A stretch of 64,000 nucleotides of DNA, from contig OZ024742.1 of assembly GCA_964016885.1 (NCBI GenBank), positions 226,300,001 through 226,364,000 of the forward strand, in the 5' to 3' direction. The stretch is from Eledone cirrhosa. Its lineage: Eukaryota. Made by a program: the position numbers and the translations under genes. Below the pieces are notes generated by a model. It saw nothing but the letters and a program-made list of their open reading frames with translations. It was not told the origin of the DNA and ran no database searches. Positions 12,209 to 23,889 of this stretch are shown here, piece by piece. Every line of letters starts with the position of its first letter. Position 1 is the first letter of the stretch.

Positions 12209-12762
12209 ATATATATATTGTAACTGTAATTTATATGACCACTATTGAGATGGTGGTGGTAATGGGGGTGGCATTGATGATAATAATGGTGGTGGCAGCG
12301 GTGGTGGTGGTGGTGGTGGTGGAGATGATAGTAATGATGGAAATGTTGATAATGATTAAAATTTAAATCAAATTGAAACAAGAAAAATGAAATAATTAGC
12401 AATTAACAAATCTTTAGATATTTTGGTCTTTTTTAAAATAACAGTGTACTTATCTTTGTAAAACATCTAGATCATTATATATGGAGTTAATCATCAATTA
12501 AATCGAGCAAAACCATTTTGCTGGTTTGAGAAGATGTGTGTGTGTGTGTGTAAACTTGTCTTGTACATCGCCTTTCTTTATTTCCTTCTTCCAGTCACTT
12601 CTGTGTGCGAGTGCACTTCTTGTCCTCCTCTTTCAATCTTTTCTCTATTTCATCTGCCTGTCACCTACCTTTTGGATTGTCTCTCTCTGTTGACCACTAG
12701 TTGCTGGTCTCTGTTCACTGAGACATTTTTGCCCATCGCTGTCTTTGACAGCATTTAGCTGT

Positions 12763-12992
12763 TTTAACACTTTAGTGTTTACATTACCCTATATATACTA
12801 CTGTATTTTTGTGGTAAAGGTTTTATCTTACATAATTATCTCAAATAATATTGAATCTATGAGATTTTGATGTTATTTATTTTGAGAACAATACCTTAAC
12901 ATAAGTAAGAGTGGCCAATTATGGCCAGTATGAACAGAATGAGGTGAGATAATTCTGGCTAGATACAGCTGGTTTAAATACTAAAGGGTTAA
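12763..12992. mobile_element. TTAA-bounded MITE (piggyBac-like ends)
   Basis: TTAACACTTTAG ... CTAAAGGGTTAA terminal inverted repeat. Confidence 0.5.
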
Positions 12993-13049
12993 CGACTATT
13001 CTAGCGATGATTTTTCTCATGTTTATATGTATTCAATCTTAGTGAAGTA

Positions 13050-13465
13050 TTAGGTGATGCTGGTGAGAGTACTTGGCTATTCTAGCACATCAGTCTCACT
13101 ATCATCTGTGTCACCAGTGACCATAACATACATGTTTGTCGTAACCTCCAAAGCTGTTAGAGAGGAAACACTACCATACCTTATTGTAGTGTCTAATTGT
13201 TGGTAGCTCATCTTACTGAAATATCAGGTGATACTGGCAAGGGTGCTTAGCTGTTCCTCCAGCTTAGCCTTGCCATCATCATCAATAATAACATGATTTT
13301 GTTTGCTTCAAAAATTCTTTAGGGGATAACAGCAACATTTCTTATTGCTGTATGTAATTATTGGTGGCTTACCTTACTCATTTTTTCTTTAATGTCTACT
13401 TATGTTGATTGTATTTGTGAGAGTGTTTGACTATTCCGGTGCCTCAGGTTCGCTATCATTCGTGG
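13050..13465. repeat. Diverged ~174-bp tandem repeat (2+ units) with conserved hairpins
   Basis: AGGTGAT at 13052 and 13226 start alignable units; partial third unit near 13415. Confidence 0.6.
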
Positions 13466-13494
13466 TCAATGAATATATTTTTTAATATAAAGCT

Positions 13495-14190
13495 ACTAAC
13501 CAGCAACGTTACAAAGTTACTTAGCAAGATTTTCATGTTTACTGCACCAATAATGCAACTGGCAACATTTCATAGCTAGTTAGCAGCAACATTCTGATGT
13601 GTACTGCACCAATAATGCAACTGGCAACATTTCATAGCTAGTTAGCAGAAACATTTTCATGTTTACTGCACCAATAATGCTGCTGGCAACATTTCATTGC
13701 TATTGAGTGGCAACATTCTGATGTGTACTGCACCAATAATGCAATTGGCAACATTTCATAGCTAGTTAGCAGAAACATTTTCATGTTTACTGCACCAATA
13801 ATGCTGCTGGCAACATTTCATTGCTATTGAGTGGCAACATTCTGATGTGTACTGCACCAATAATGCAATTGGCAACATTTCATAGCTAGTTAGCAGCAAC
13901 ATTTTCATGTGTACTGCACCAATAATGCAATTGGCAACATTTCATAGCTAGTTAGCAGCAACATTTTCATGTGTACTGCACCAATAATGCAACTGCCAAT
14001 ATTTCATAGCTACTTAACAGCAATACTTTCATGCATACTGCACCAATAATGCAATTGGCAACATTTCATAGCTAGTTAGCAGCAACATTTTCATGTGTAC
14101 TGCACCAATAATGCAACTGGCAACATTTGAAAGATACTGAATAGTAACATTTTCATGTTTGCTGCACCAATGATGAAACTGGCAACATTT
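13495..14190. repeat. 62-bp minisatellite, ~11 copies
   Basis: ACTGCACCAATAATGC recurs at 13541, 13603, 13665, 13727 and onward to ~14161. Confidence 0.95.
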
Positions 14191-14436
14191 AGTGTTTCAG
14201 ATTGCTTCTTAAGCATTTAGAAGGTCACACCCATTACCTGTTGTAGTGTGTCTTTTCCTTTGTTCTCTTTTCTTACTAACCTATTTTTATAAAATGGTTT
14301 CAATTGCTAAATAAATATCAAATAACTTGTTTTTAAAATGCATATTATAAAAAATAATTTTAAATATGAAAATTAGTTTAACATAATTCTCTCCCCTGCA
14401 TATCAAAGTTGCTATCATTAATATTTGAATAATAAA

Positions 14437-14621
14437 GGGCGGTGGATTGGCAGTATCGGTAGAGGGTCGGACGCCATGCTTTCCAGCATAGTTACGTCCC
14501 TTTACGATCTGAGTTCAAATCCCGCCGAGGTTGACTTTGCCTTTCATCCTTACGGGGTCGATAAAATAAAGTACCAGTAATGCACTGGGTAATTGCTGGC
14601 CTTGTGTCTAAAGTAGAAACA
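14437..14621 (+). mobile_element. Full-length tRNA-derived SINE with 20-bp TSD
   Basis: A-box-like TGGCAGTATCGG, B-box GAGTTCAAATCC; TSD ATTAATATTTGAATAATAAA at 14417-14436 and 14622-14641. Confidence 0.92.
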
Positions 14622-14880
14622 ATTAATATTTGAATAATAAACAATTGATTTTTTTTGTTTTATTATTTTGTTCTTTTACTGGTTTCAGTCATTAGACTGT
14701 GGCCATGCAGGGCACTTCCTTGATATGATTTAGTAGATCATATCGACCCAAGTGCCTTTTTTTTATTTTCAAATCTGGTGCATATCTTATCGACCTCACT
14801 TTGTTCAACTGCTAAGTTAAGGAGCATAAACATAGATACAAATACACACACTAACATATTATATATATATATATAGATAT

Positions 14881-15734
14881 AAATATAAGTATGTATACGT
14901 ACATACATATATGTATACAGAAGTACAGTAGTATGTATATATATATACATACATGCATACATATATATATGTATGTATGGATTCACCAAACATTTATTAT
15001 AATGCTCGGTGTGTTTGTAAACAAACATCCCAAATTAAGCCGTACAGTGTCTAGCAACCATCGTTGCTCATTTGTTCAACACTGACAAAGGAACGATGTA
15101 CTAGTTTCAAGCTTATTAGCTATCGTCAGCAACGTATACCTTCCTGCCAAATGATTGAACGTCTGAAAGTATATACTTTCCTTATGCATATTAACAGCTG
15201 AGCAGCCTAATTTGCATATCGAGTGAGTTAATCGGCCGGGCGCACCGAAAACGATAAATGGAAAAAATGAAACGAAATTTCATTTCTCACTCTTAGTACG
15301 GCTGTTACTTAAATATAAGTATGTATACGTACATACATATATGTATACCGACGTACAGTAGTATGTATATATATATACATACATGCACACATATATATAT
15401 GTACGTATGGATTCACCGAACATTTATTATAATGCTCGGTGTGGTTGTAAACAAACATCCCGAATTAAGCCGTACAGTCTCTAGCAACCATCGTTGCTCA
15501 TTTGTTCAACACTGACAAAGGAACACTGTGTTTACAAACACACCGAGCATTATAATAAATGTTCGATGAATCCATACGTACATATATATATATGTGTGTG
15601 CATGTATGTATATATATATATACATACTACTGTACGTCTGAATACATATATGTATGTACGTATACACACTTATATTTAAGTAACAGCCGTACTAAGAGTG
15701 AGAAATGAAATTTTGTTTCATTTTTTCCGTTTAT
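14881..15734 (-). mobile_element. Hammerhead-containing 430-bp tandem element (retrozyme / Penelope pLTR-like), ~1.5 units plus an inverted ~205-bp arm
   Basis: AAATATAAGTATGTATACGTAC at 14881 and 15311; 15529-15734 is the reverse complement of 15254-15453; second family member at 61951-62463. Confidence 0.8.
15093..15135 (-). ncRNA. Minimal type I hammerhead ribozyme
   Basis: Minus strand ACGTTG-CTGACGA-TAGCT-AATA-AGCTT-GAAA-CTAG-T-A^CATCGT: full catalytic core, stems I and II, palindromic ACTAGT stem III. Confidence 0.82.
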
Positions 15735-15754
15735 ATAGATATAGATATAGATAT

Positions 15755-18700
15755 GTTTCTTTTATTTGCCACAAGGGCATCAAAAGTGGGACAAGTACAA
15801 TGGGGGGAGTTTACAAAACAAGGCGTCCTCAATAGGGAGGAGGCAATAACAATATATAAAAATAAAATAAAATATAACAAAAAATAGAATTATAACAAAA
15901 TCCTCAATAGAGGATTTTGTTATAAAATATAACAAAAAATAAAATTTATAACAAAATCCTCAATAGAGAGGAGGCGCCTTGGGGGGGTCGCACACACCCC
16001 CGAAAAAAGTGTGCAACCCTTTTCCTCAGGAGCACAGAGAGGGGGTGCTCCCTCGTTCCTTCCTCTTTTCCACCTACAGGCTCATGTAAAGAGAAGGCCC
16101 ATTCACACGGGCCATTCTCGCCACTTTCACCCACCTTTCATAAAAACGACTGGGGTGCAGCACCTCTCTCTCCATCCTGATCCTTCTTCTGAAATGATAT
16201 CGGAAGAAACGGACCAGTTGTTGGCCAGAGAGAAAGGTGCCTGACCTCAGTCCTTTCAGACGCGTCCACCATACAACCTCTTTCGTCAAGGCTATTACGC
16301 ACAGAAACACCGCCTCTGCTTCATCTTTGAAGGGGGGAGGCGGCTTGATCATTACAATAGACTCGGTGGTCAACCGGATCGGTCCCACCCTTGACAGCAG
16401 TTGTTCGACATAGCCCCACAGATCGACTACGCCCGAGCAGTGTACCAATGCATGTGCAACGGTTTCCTCGTCGCACACGCATCTAGGACAGATCTTTTTG
16501 GCGGGGTCCCTACCCGGGCGCCCGTGTCTGTAGAGCCTTTCTCGAACGGGTAAAGCTCCTCGGTAGCACTGCCAGGCCAGGGACTTCTGGAAGTTGTCCA
16601 TAGGTCCCGGGCTGAATGTCCTACCGAACAGGCTGGCCAGTTCGTCCTCCTCCATGTCTAGGGCTTCTCCGAGGGCGTCGTCGCACCTGCTGCGTACCAG
16701 CCCTCTATAGAATGTTGCGGTGGAGTCTCCACTGATAACCGGATCCGCCTGCCAGAGGGCGGTGAGTGCCTGGGCACACTCAGTGTGCCAGGCGCCCAGT
16801 TTTCTCGGTCTTTGCTTGACCCAGGATTGCAGCTCGGTGAGTGAGACGAGTCTGGGAAAGGTTCGTCTCACAAACGAGGCCCACACCGGTTGTCCGGTGA
16901 GGAATACGTAGAGGTGCCGTAGCCTTAATGCGTGTTTACGCATCATTAGCCACGGCATCCCCAGCCCTCCTTTCGAAGGGTGTTGACAGCAGATGGATCT
17001 CCTCACCATAGGAGCCCGCCTCTTCCAAAGGAATTGGAAGAGCGCGCGCTCCATCTTGGTGAGGGTTTCCCTTGGGCAGGGCACTACGGTCAGGCGGTAG
17101 TAGATGACGGACGCTATGTAGGTGTTCGCCACCTCCGCCCGACCTTTCAGGGATAGTTTGCAACTGGCCCACTTCTGGGTCAGTGCAAACACCCTGTTCG
17201 TAACCTCCGCCCAGTTTTTCTCCACCTGGAGGTCCGGTCCGAACCAGACCCCGAGCAACTTCACCGGGCCCTCCGTCCAGCATCCGACGACGCCATCGGA
17301 GGGCATCGGTCTGCCCCTCCACGTGCCGAGTTGCAAACCGATCGACTTGTCCCGGTTCAGCTTGGCCCCTGTGAACTTTTCGTACTCCTCCAGTAAGGTG
17401 CCGACCGCCTCGATTTCGGAGGCCGTCGACACCATTACTGTCACGTCATCGGCGTAGGCCGACACCGCTTTCCGCAATCCCGGTTCCAAAGGGATGTCCT
17501 GCAACAACTCCAACTTCCGCAGTAGTGGCTCGAGAGTCAACACATACAGAAGGGAGGAGAGAGGGCACCCTTGTCGGATGGACCGCGCGATTTTGAACGG
17601 CTCCGAGAGGTAGCCGTTCACCTTGACCCTAGAGCAGATGCGGCTGCTGTGCATAGCAGTGATCCAGCCCCTGAAAACGGGTCCGAAGCCTGCCGCCGCT
17701 AGCACCGCATCCAGGTAACCATGGTCGACCCTATCGAACGCCTTAGATTGATCCAAGTTGATCAGAGCCCCACCAAAGCCGGGTTCGTTCCCAACCCTCT
17801 CTATGATGTATCGCATGAGGTGGAGGTTGTCATGGATGGACCTGGACGGGATAGCGCATGTCTGCGCATCTCCCACCAGGTTGCCCACGACAAGCGCTAA
17901 CCTCTTTGCTAGCACCTTGGCCAAAATCTGTAACTCTGTATTTAGCAGAGTTATGGGCCTGAAGTTACTTATTTCGTCCCCCTTGTTCTCGTCCTTCCTC
18001 ACTAGCGTGACTACGCCCTTGGTCACAGTACAGGGAATTCTCCCGTTCTGTTGCCAGTTGCAGTAGACCGCCTCGAGGAGATCGGGGAACAAGTCCGGCA
18101 TAGCTAGATATAATTCGTAAGGAAGACCATCGAGACCCGGGGATTTGCGTTTGCCGCATTGGCTCAGAACGTCCTCTATCTCAGCGGCCGAAATCGGCTC
18201 CTCGCAGGACTTCGCCTCCCTGTCCGAGAGGCGCGGCAGGCCGTCAAGGTATGGACCGAAGTCCACGTTCCCAACCGGCTCCCCGCCCCTCCCGAACAGT
18301 CGGGCAAAGTGCCTTTGAAAGGCCTCACACATCTGCTTAGGCTCAAGAATCGCCCATCCATCCAGGTCTCGCAAAGACCGGATGGTGGATTTAGTTCCAC
18401 TGTTAGCCTCTGTCACGCGGGCCCAGCTAACAGCTTTGGTCCCCTCGTTCCCTAGAGCACGTATTTTACTTCGGACAACGCAGCCTTCGTGCTTTGCGTC
18501 GAAAAACTGGCTCAAAGCCGTTCTCGACGCTAGCACTCTGGCCACGTCGCCGCTTCTAATTGCCTCTTCTACTCTATCTATTAGCTCCCTTTCCTTCCTA
18601 TTCCTATCCGCAGCTAGAACCTTACTAAATTCTATCGAGACTACTCTAATCTCTCTCTTTAGAGATACCCACCACCTGCTGTTGACGATCGCTCCAGTCA

Positions 18701-18900
18701 ACCGTTCCTTAACTAACGTACTAATCCGATTCTTGTAGGCTCTACTTGCCGGCAAGGACAAGTTGAGCTTCCAGTAACCGGGGCCCTGTCTATGAGTTCT
18801 GTCAAGGTTGACCATGCAGGTCACTAATTTGTGGTCTGAATAGCCAACCATGCGCATTTTTGGACAACTTAAAAAGTCCTTATCCTTAATTCTAACTAAG
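15755..18900 (-). mobile_element. Tx1/L1-group non-LTR retrotransposon, 5'-truncated
   Basis: GC-rich block with long ORF; minus-strand AATAAA near 15765; flanked by (ATATAG)n and (TAGA)n. Confidence 0.9.
16074..18857 (-). CDS. Tx1-like ORF2: end of APE, RT and C-terminal CCHC zinc knuckle
   Basis: YSDHKLV, GPGYWKLN, KSPGLDGLPYE, NFRPITLLN, LDQSKAFDRV, RQGCPLS, YADD, GGLG, CPRC..ETVAHALVHC; no internal stop in 927 aa. Confidence 0.92.
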   Translation of the reverse strand: MRMVGYSDHKLVTCMVNLDRTHRQGPGYWKLNLSLPASRAYKNRISTLVKERLTGAIVNSRWWVSLKREIRVVSIEFSKVLAADRNRKERELIDRVEEAIRSGDVARVLASRTALSQFFDAKHEGCVVRSKIRALGNEGTKAVSWARVTEANSGTKSTIRSLRDLDGWAILEPKQMCEAFQRHFARLFGRGGEPVGNVDFGPYLDGLPRLSDREAKSCEEPISAAEIEDVLSQCGKRKSPGLDGLPYELYLAMPDLFPDLLEAVYCNWQQNGRIPCTVTKGVVTLVRKDENKGDEISNFRPITLLNTELQILAKVLAKRLALVVGNLVGDAQTCAIPSRSIHDNLHLMRYIIERVGNEPGFGGALINLDQSKAFDRVDHGYLDAVLAAAGFGPVFRGWITAMHSSRICSRVKVNGYLSEPFKIARSIRQGCPLSSLLYVLTLEPLLRKLELLQDIPLEPGLRKAVSAYADDVTVMVSTASEIEAVGTLLEEYEKFTGAKLNRDKSIGLQLGTWRGRPMPSDGVVGCWTEGPVKLLGVWFGPDLQVEKNWAEVTNRVFALTQKWASCKLSLKGRAEVANTYIASVIYYRLTVVPCPRETLTKMERALFQFLWKRRAPMVRRSICCQHPSKGGLGMPWLMMRKHALRLRHLYVFLTGQPVWASFVRRTFPRLVSLTELQSWVKQRPRKLGAWHTECAQALTALWQADPVISGDSTATFYRGLVRSRCDDALGEALDMEEDELASLFGRTFSPGPMDNFQKSLAWQCYRGALPVRERLYRHGRPGRDPAKKICPRCVCDEETVAHALVHCSGVVDLWGYVEQLLSRVGPIRLTTESIVMIKPPPPFKDEAEAVFLCVIALTKEVVWWTRLKGLRSGTFLSGQQLVRFFRYHFRRRIRMEREVLHPSRFYERWVKVARMARVNGPSLYMSL

Positions 18901-18929
18901 TAGATAGATAGATAGATAGATAGATAGAA

Positions 18930-19085
18930 TCAGTTTCCATGCAGTTTCCATCTAGTAAATTCCATTTAGAAGACATTGGTCAACCCATGGCTATAGAAGA
19001 CACTTACCCAAGATAACATACAATGGGACTAAACCCTAAATCATGTGGTTGCAAAGTGAACTCCTTAACCACATAGCTATTCCAG
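18930..19085 (-). mobile_element. Old tRNA-derived SINE (second family)
   Basis: Minus-strand head GCTATGTGGTTAAGG; similar to 20880-21070 and 22860-23110. Confidence 0.6.
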
Positions 19086-19174
19086 CATATATTTAGGTAC
19101 AAGACCTTAGATTTAGAGGACAAAATGGGAAGTAACACAAATATTTATGATAATCCAAATGTTAGTAGTAGAAT

Positions 19175-20530
19175 ATCATCATCATCATCGTTTAACATCC
19201 ATTTTCCTCCGTTTGCTTAGGTTAGAGAGGTTGTGACATTATGAGACAAGTCAGGTCAGGTGACCATGTCTTGCTCATACAAATCTGTATTTTAGGCTGG
19301 TTTCCATAGCAGGATGCTGTTCCTAACACCAATCATGTTACAGTGTGGACTGGGTGCTTTTTGTTGTGTCACCAGCATGACAACTTTACAGGGTGGACTG
19401 AGTGCTTTGTTCACTTCACCAGCACAACCACCTTATGTGGACACTTTTTCTGGTGTCACCAGCATGACCACTATGCAGGGTTGACTGGGAGCCTGTCATG
19501 TCACCAGCACAACCACTTTACAGAATGGATTGGGTGCTGCCTCTTGTCATGTTACTAGTACGACCACCTTATAGGATGACCTGGGTGCTTTTAGGACCAC
19601 CTTATAGGATGGACAAAGCTTTTTTGTCATGGCAGTAGCATTATGGGAGAGAGGAGAGCAGATTCAGAGCATGTCCAACTTTCCATACTTGTATGCATGG
19701 GTTAAACAGGAGAGAAGAGGTATCAAAGGAATGTTGAAGGTGGAGAGGGGAAGGTGTATGCAAGCTGGACATGGATGAGGTGAGTGAGATAGTTAGTAGG
19801 TGAGGGCGGGGTATTAATACGGGGAAGTGTGAATGGGGGTAGGAGTAGGGAGACGATTGGCGTGAGTTAGTGTTCTCTATATGTTTGTTTCTTTCTGTGC
19901 ACGTAGGAAGGTGAGCCTTCTGCAGTACAGCATAATGTCAAAGATGTATCATCTCCTTTGAGATTGTGCAAGGTCAGCTTTTATCATTTCATCCAAAGCT
20001 TTCCTAGATCTTCCTCTTCTTTAGCTTGCATCAACTTTATGAACCCTGCACTTTTTACAGAGCTGTCATCCTCCATACACATCACTTGTCTATACCACTG
20101 AATCTGACCACCTCTTGTGCCCAGCTTCTCTCTAGATTCATTGACGATTCACTGTTCTTGCATACTACTGTTACACATCTATCAAAGCATGCAAGCTTCA
20201 TTACTTTCCAATTTTCATAGGTCCTCTGTACACAGTGCCAAGGTCTCACTTCTATGCAGCATTACTATTCATACACAAACATCATACAATCTGACTTTCA
20301 TTGTGAAGGAAAAACTTTTTGTAGCAAGCAGTGGCAGTAGTTTCCTGAACTTTTACCATCCCATTCTCACTCTGGCTACTGTACTTTCAGAACACCAGCC
20401 TCCACTACTAATTTGCCCAGGTAACAGAAGCTATCAACTATTTCTATGGAGCCCTCTGAGCATTTAATAGAGCTTGCTTCCCATGAGTTCTTGCTGCTTA
20501 CTGCTCCAGTGCATTGACTAGATGCGAATT
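19175..20530 (-). mobile_element. Old RTE LINE 3' fragment with expanded ~40-bp repeats in its 3' UTR
   Basis: (ATC)n at 19175; reverse complement of the RTE C-terminal coding region at ~19910-20520. Confidence 0.85.
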
Positions 20531-20564
20531 TTAAGTATAATACACTTTTTATTATTTAGTAATG

Positions 20565-20745
20565 AGGAGTGCAGTGAACTGGCTGTAGCAGTAGAGCGTC
20601 AGACACGCTGATCGTGACATAGAGTTTCGGCCCTTTATGTTCTGAGTTCAAATCCCACCAAGGTTAGCTTTGCCTTTCATCCTTACGGGGTTGATAAAAT
20701 AAAGTAGCACTGGAGTAGATTTAATCAACCTAAGTCAGAAACCTT
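20565..20745 (+). mobile_element. tRNA-derived SINE
   Basis: GAGTTCAAATCC plus shared body; imperfect flanking duplication containing TTAGTAATGAG. Confidence 0.75.
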
Positions 20746-20879
20746 TATTTAGTAATGAGAGAAGGACAAATTCCACGACCTTTTTGAAGGCCTCCAAGAC
20801 TAAATGGAAGGAGGGAGGGAAGGAAGGATATAAGCACCCTTAATTAAATTCCCAAGCTGAATCAGTGTGACACAATAAA

Positions 20880-21070
20880 TGACAAGGCTGAACCTTTGAA
20901 TTACAGATACATTCCATCTGATGGGTTTCCACACATTTTCGGTTTGTTTGCCCAATTTCATTCACAACACTTAGGTTGACCCAAGGCAGTGGAATACACA
21001 TTCTCAACATGCCATGCAGAAACTAATACCTTATGGTTGTAATGTAAACTTATTAACCATACAGCCATGT
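20880..21070 (-). mobile_element. Old tRNA-derived SINE (second family)
   Basis: Reverse-complement similarity to 22860-23110. Confidence 0.55.
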
Positions 21071-21174
21071 TTACATCCTGATTAACATATTTAACACTAT
21101 AAAGTATAATGATGTCAATGTGCGACTGTTGCACACAGCACAATGCTAGTTTGTTGTAAAAGTAGGAATACAAT

Positions 21175-21665
21175 TGATTGAAAGCTTAGTATGTGGGGAA
21201 AAGTTCAGGGAGCTCCTACCTTTGTTGGCAACGAAGGGATTTGCCTGCATGAGAAGTGTGATGTTGCATGGCAGTGAGTCACAGATAGTGAGTGTAGAGG
21301 ATGTGTGAAGGCTGGACATAAATGAGTCAAACTTGCTTTGTTGGAAGTGTAATGTGCATGAACATCAGAGAAGAGAAAAAAACTGAGTTTAGGAAAAATA
21401 AGATGTGTAGGAGAGAAGATCGATCTGTTATTAGCAGGTTATTTAAATGGGTGATGATTGCTGGTTGAAGAAATGCCAGGAGATCCATATGAAAGGAAGT
21501 CATGGAAGGGGGCCAAGAAAGACGTGGATAGAGATGGTGAAAGCCAACCTCAAGAAACTACACCGCATAGAGGAGGTGACAAAAGTAAGAAACAAATAGA
21601 GATATGATGTACTGAAGAGGACTTGCTTGATCTATAGAAGCATGGAAAGCCAATATAAAACTGAT
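21175..21665 (+). mobile_element. Highly decayed RTE 3' fragment
   Basis: AAAAGTTCAGGGAGCTCCTACC (KFRELLP) and ATGTTGCATGGCAGTGAG (MLHGSE) recognisable. Confidence 0.75.
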
Positions 21666-22474
21666 GAAATCCCAGTTTATCTAATCCATATTTAGTAAAA
21701 GCTAATTAATATTCAGTTTCTTATGTCAATGTTGATACTGGTTTTTCACCTTTCGACTTTTTGAAAAAGATGGTATTTGACCTTTTAGGTAAATGGTATA
21801 CTGGGTGGTATTTAAGCCATCATACAGTGAGTATTTCATCTGTAGTACAACAACAGGCACGACTTGTGTAATTTTAGGTCAAGAACAAATTTATTTTTAA
21901 AGCTTCTCTCCTTAGGGTTCCAATATCCTATTAGAATAGTAATCTTTCCTGGAAGATAGTTCTGAGAAAATCTAGTTGGTAAATGTTAATATCTTAGTGC
22001 TTCAGTTCACAGTAAAGTGTGTGGCCATGATGTCTGTGTAAATATAAAGTACTGGGCTTTTAAAATTGAAAGGTCATGAGGCCAATCCATATCCCTTCTA
22101 TTGTATTGGCCCAAATTCTTTAATTTACAGTTTTATAGCTACACTTTTCACCAATAAGGAACACAGCATGAAGCATTAGATATAGTTTTCTCTCCTCACA
22201 ACATACTGACATACTTCTCATGGTCAGTTTACTTTCTATGAAAAGCAACCAAATTCCCTTCATATAACACTGTTCTGTCTTAAAAACAGAATGGAAGACA
22301 TTAGAAACAATTAAATAATACAATTAAAGTAAAGGGTCTTTAACTCTTGATGGAGTCATAAAGGTGCCACCCTGACACACAACATATCTTGGGTATTCTA
22401 AACCTGACCAAGCCCATCCCTCTCCAGGCTGGAACATAGCTGATTTCTGCTGGAGATAGAGAGAGAAAGAATGA

Positions 22475-22620
22475 ACATAGTATTGAATTGGTACTTTATT
22501 TATCGACCTTGAAAGAATGAAAGACAAATTTGACCTCAGCAGGATTTGAACTCAGAAAGCAATGAGCTGGAACAAATATCAAGACATTTTTAATTCAACA
22601 CACTAACAACCCTGCCAAAT
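22475..22620 (-). mobile_element. tRNA-derived SINE
   Basis: GGTACTTTATTTATCGACC..GGATTTGAACTCAG. Confidence 0.7.
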
Positions 22621-22859
22621 CATCATCTTGATTGAATAATGTAGTTCCAGATATACTATGCCTGAAAAACAACAAGATGGTCATGACTGGAACACCTTTC
22701 AGCATAGGTCTATTCAATCAGGACTTAAATGGAGTTTAAAATGAGAGGTAGTGATGGCTGTGGTATTCACTAGAGGGCATGTCACTATTTTTAAAAATAC
22801 AAAATTCCAGAAAACAATGTCTACTATAAATGCTAGGTATAGTTAAGTATGTATATGGA

Positions 22860-23110
22860 CACAGCATGACGAAATGGTTAAGAAGTTCAATTCTCAATCA
22901 TTTGGTCCTGGGTTTGATTCAAGGTAACTTGAGCAAGTGTCATTTACTATAGCTTTGTGTCAACCCATGCCAAATGAGTGAAATTGGACTGTCAAAAAAT
23001 GTTTGGTAGACAGTCAGAAAGTCTGTACCTGTAATTCAAATGGCCAACCTTTTCACACACTGTGTCATACTTAATCTTTCTGAGAATTACATAAAGGGTA
23101 CACGTGTCTG
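22860..23110 (+). mobile_element. Old tRNA-derived SINE (second family)
   Basis: TGGTTAAG A-box-like, GGTTTGATTC B-box-like, CTTGAGCAAGTGTC body. Confidence 0.55.
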
Positions 23111-23119
23111 GGTTTGGGT

Positions 23120-23590
23120 GTGGTGTTGGTGGTTATAGTAGTGGTATTGTTGTGTCACTCCATGGTATGATGTTATGGTGCTGATGGTAATTGTGGTGGT
23201 GGTGGGCGTGATGATAGTGGTGGTGGTAGGGGTGATTGGGTGGGGTAGTGGCGATGATGGTGATGGTAGTGTTGGTGGTGGTGGTGGTGGTGGTGGTGGT
23301 GGTGGTGGTGTGGTGTTATTCCGTAGTACGTTTTGGTGGGGGGGGGGGGGGGGGGGTGATGTCACTCCATGGTACAATGTTATGATGTTGGTGATGGTGG
23401 TAGGGGCAGTAGTGGTGTGTAACTCCAATGAACAATGTTGTTGTGGGGATAATGGTTGAGTTGTGTGGCTCCACTTGATAATGTAAAGGTGGTAATTGTG
23501 ATGGTGGTGTTGATGTTGTGGTATCACCCTTTTCTACAATGCCATGGTGGCGGTGGTGGTAGTGGTGGTGGTGGTGGTGTGGTGTCACTC
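23120..23590. repeat. (GGT)n-rich low-complexity tract with recurring GTCACTCCA motif
   Basis: Direct inspection. Confidence 0.85.
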
Positions 23591-23889
23591 CAATAATCAG
23601 GAGCTGATTACACAGAACGATTGCCGGTCCATCCTGATTATTACAGGAATTCTATAAGAATCCAGCTTCTATAATTTTTGGCAAAGGCAGGGGAGTGTAT
23701 GGTTTTGATAAATGCCAAACAGCAAGAAACAGACTGTCAGCCTCTCTCCCAGCCTTTGCCGGAAATAATTAAGTGACATAGTCACTACTTTAAAACTGAT
23801 AGCGAATGGTCTTCTAAATGTTTTTAATTAAACATACGGTATATTTGCCAAATATACTATACATACATTCATGTATACATCGCTATTTC

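Noticed and set aside
14437-14530. tRNA gene
   Set aside because: A/B boxes belong to a SINE head with body and TSD; no cloverleaf evident
21670-22470. Possible host-gene exons in unique-looking DNA (also ~45720-46380)
   Set aside because: No convincing ORF, domain or splice pair visible; cannot be excluded without RNA-seq
23087-23588. His/Pro/Gly-rich ORFs (also 12130-12402, 51861-52103)
   Set aside because: Trinucleotide low-complexity DNA; no splice or domain evidence
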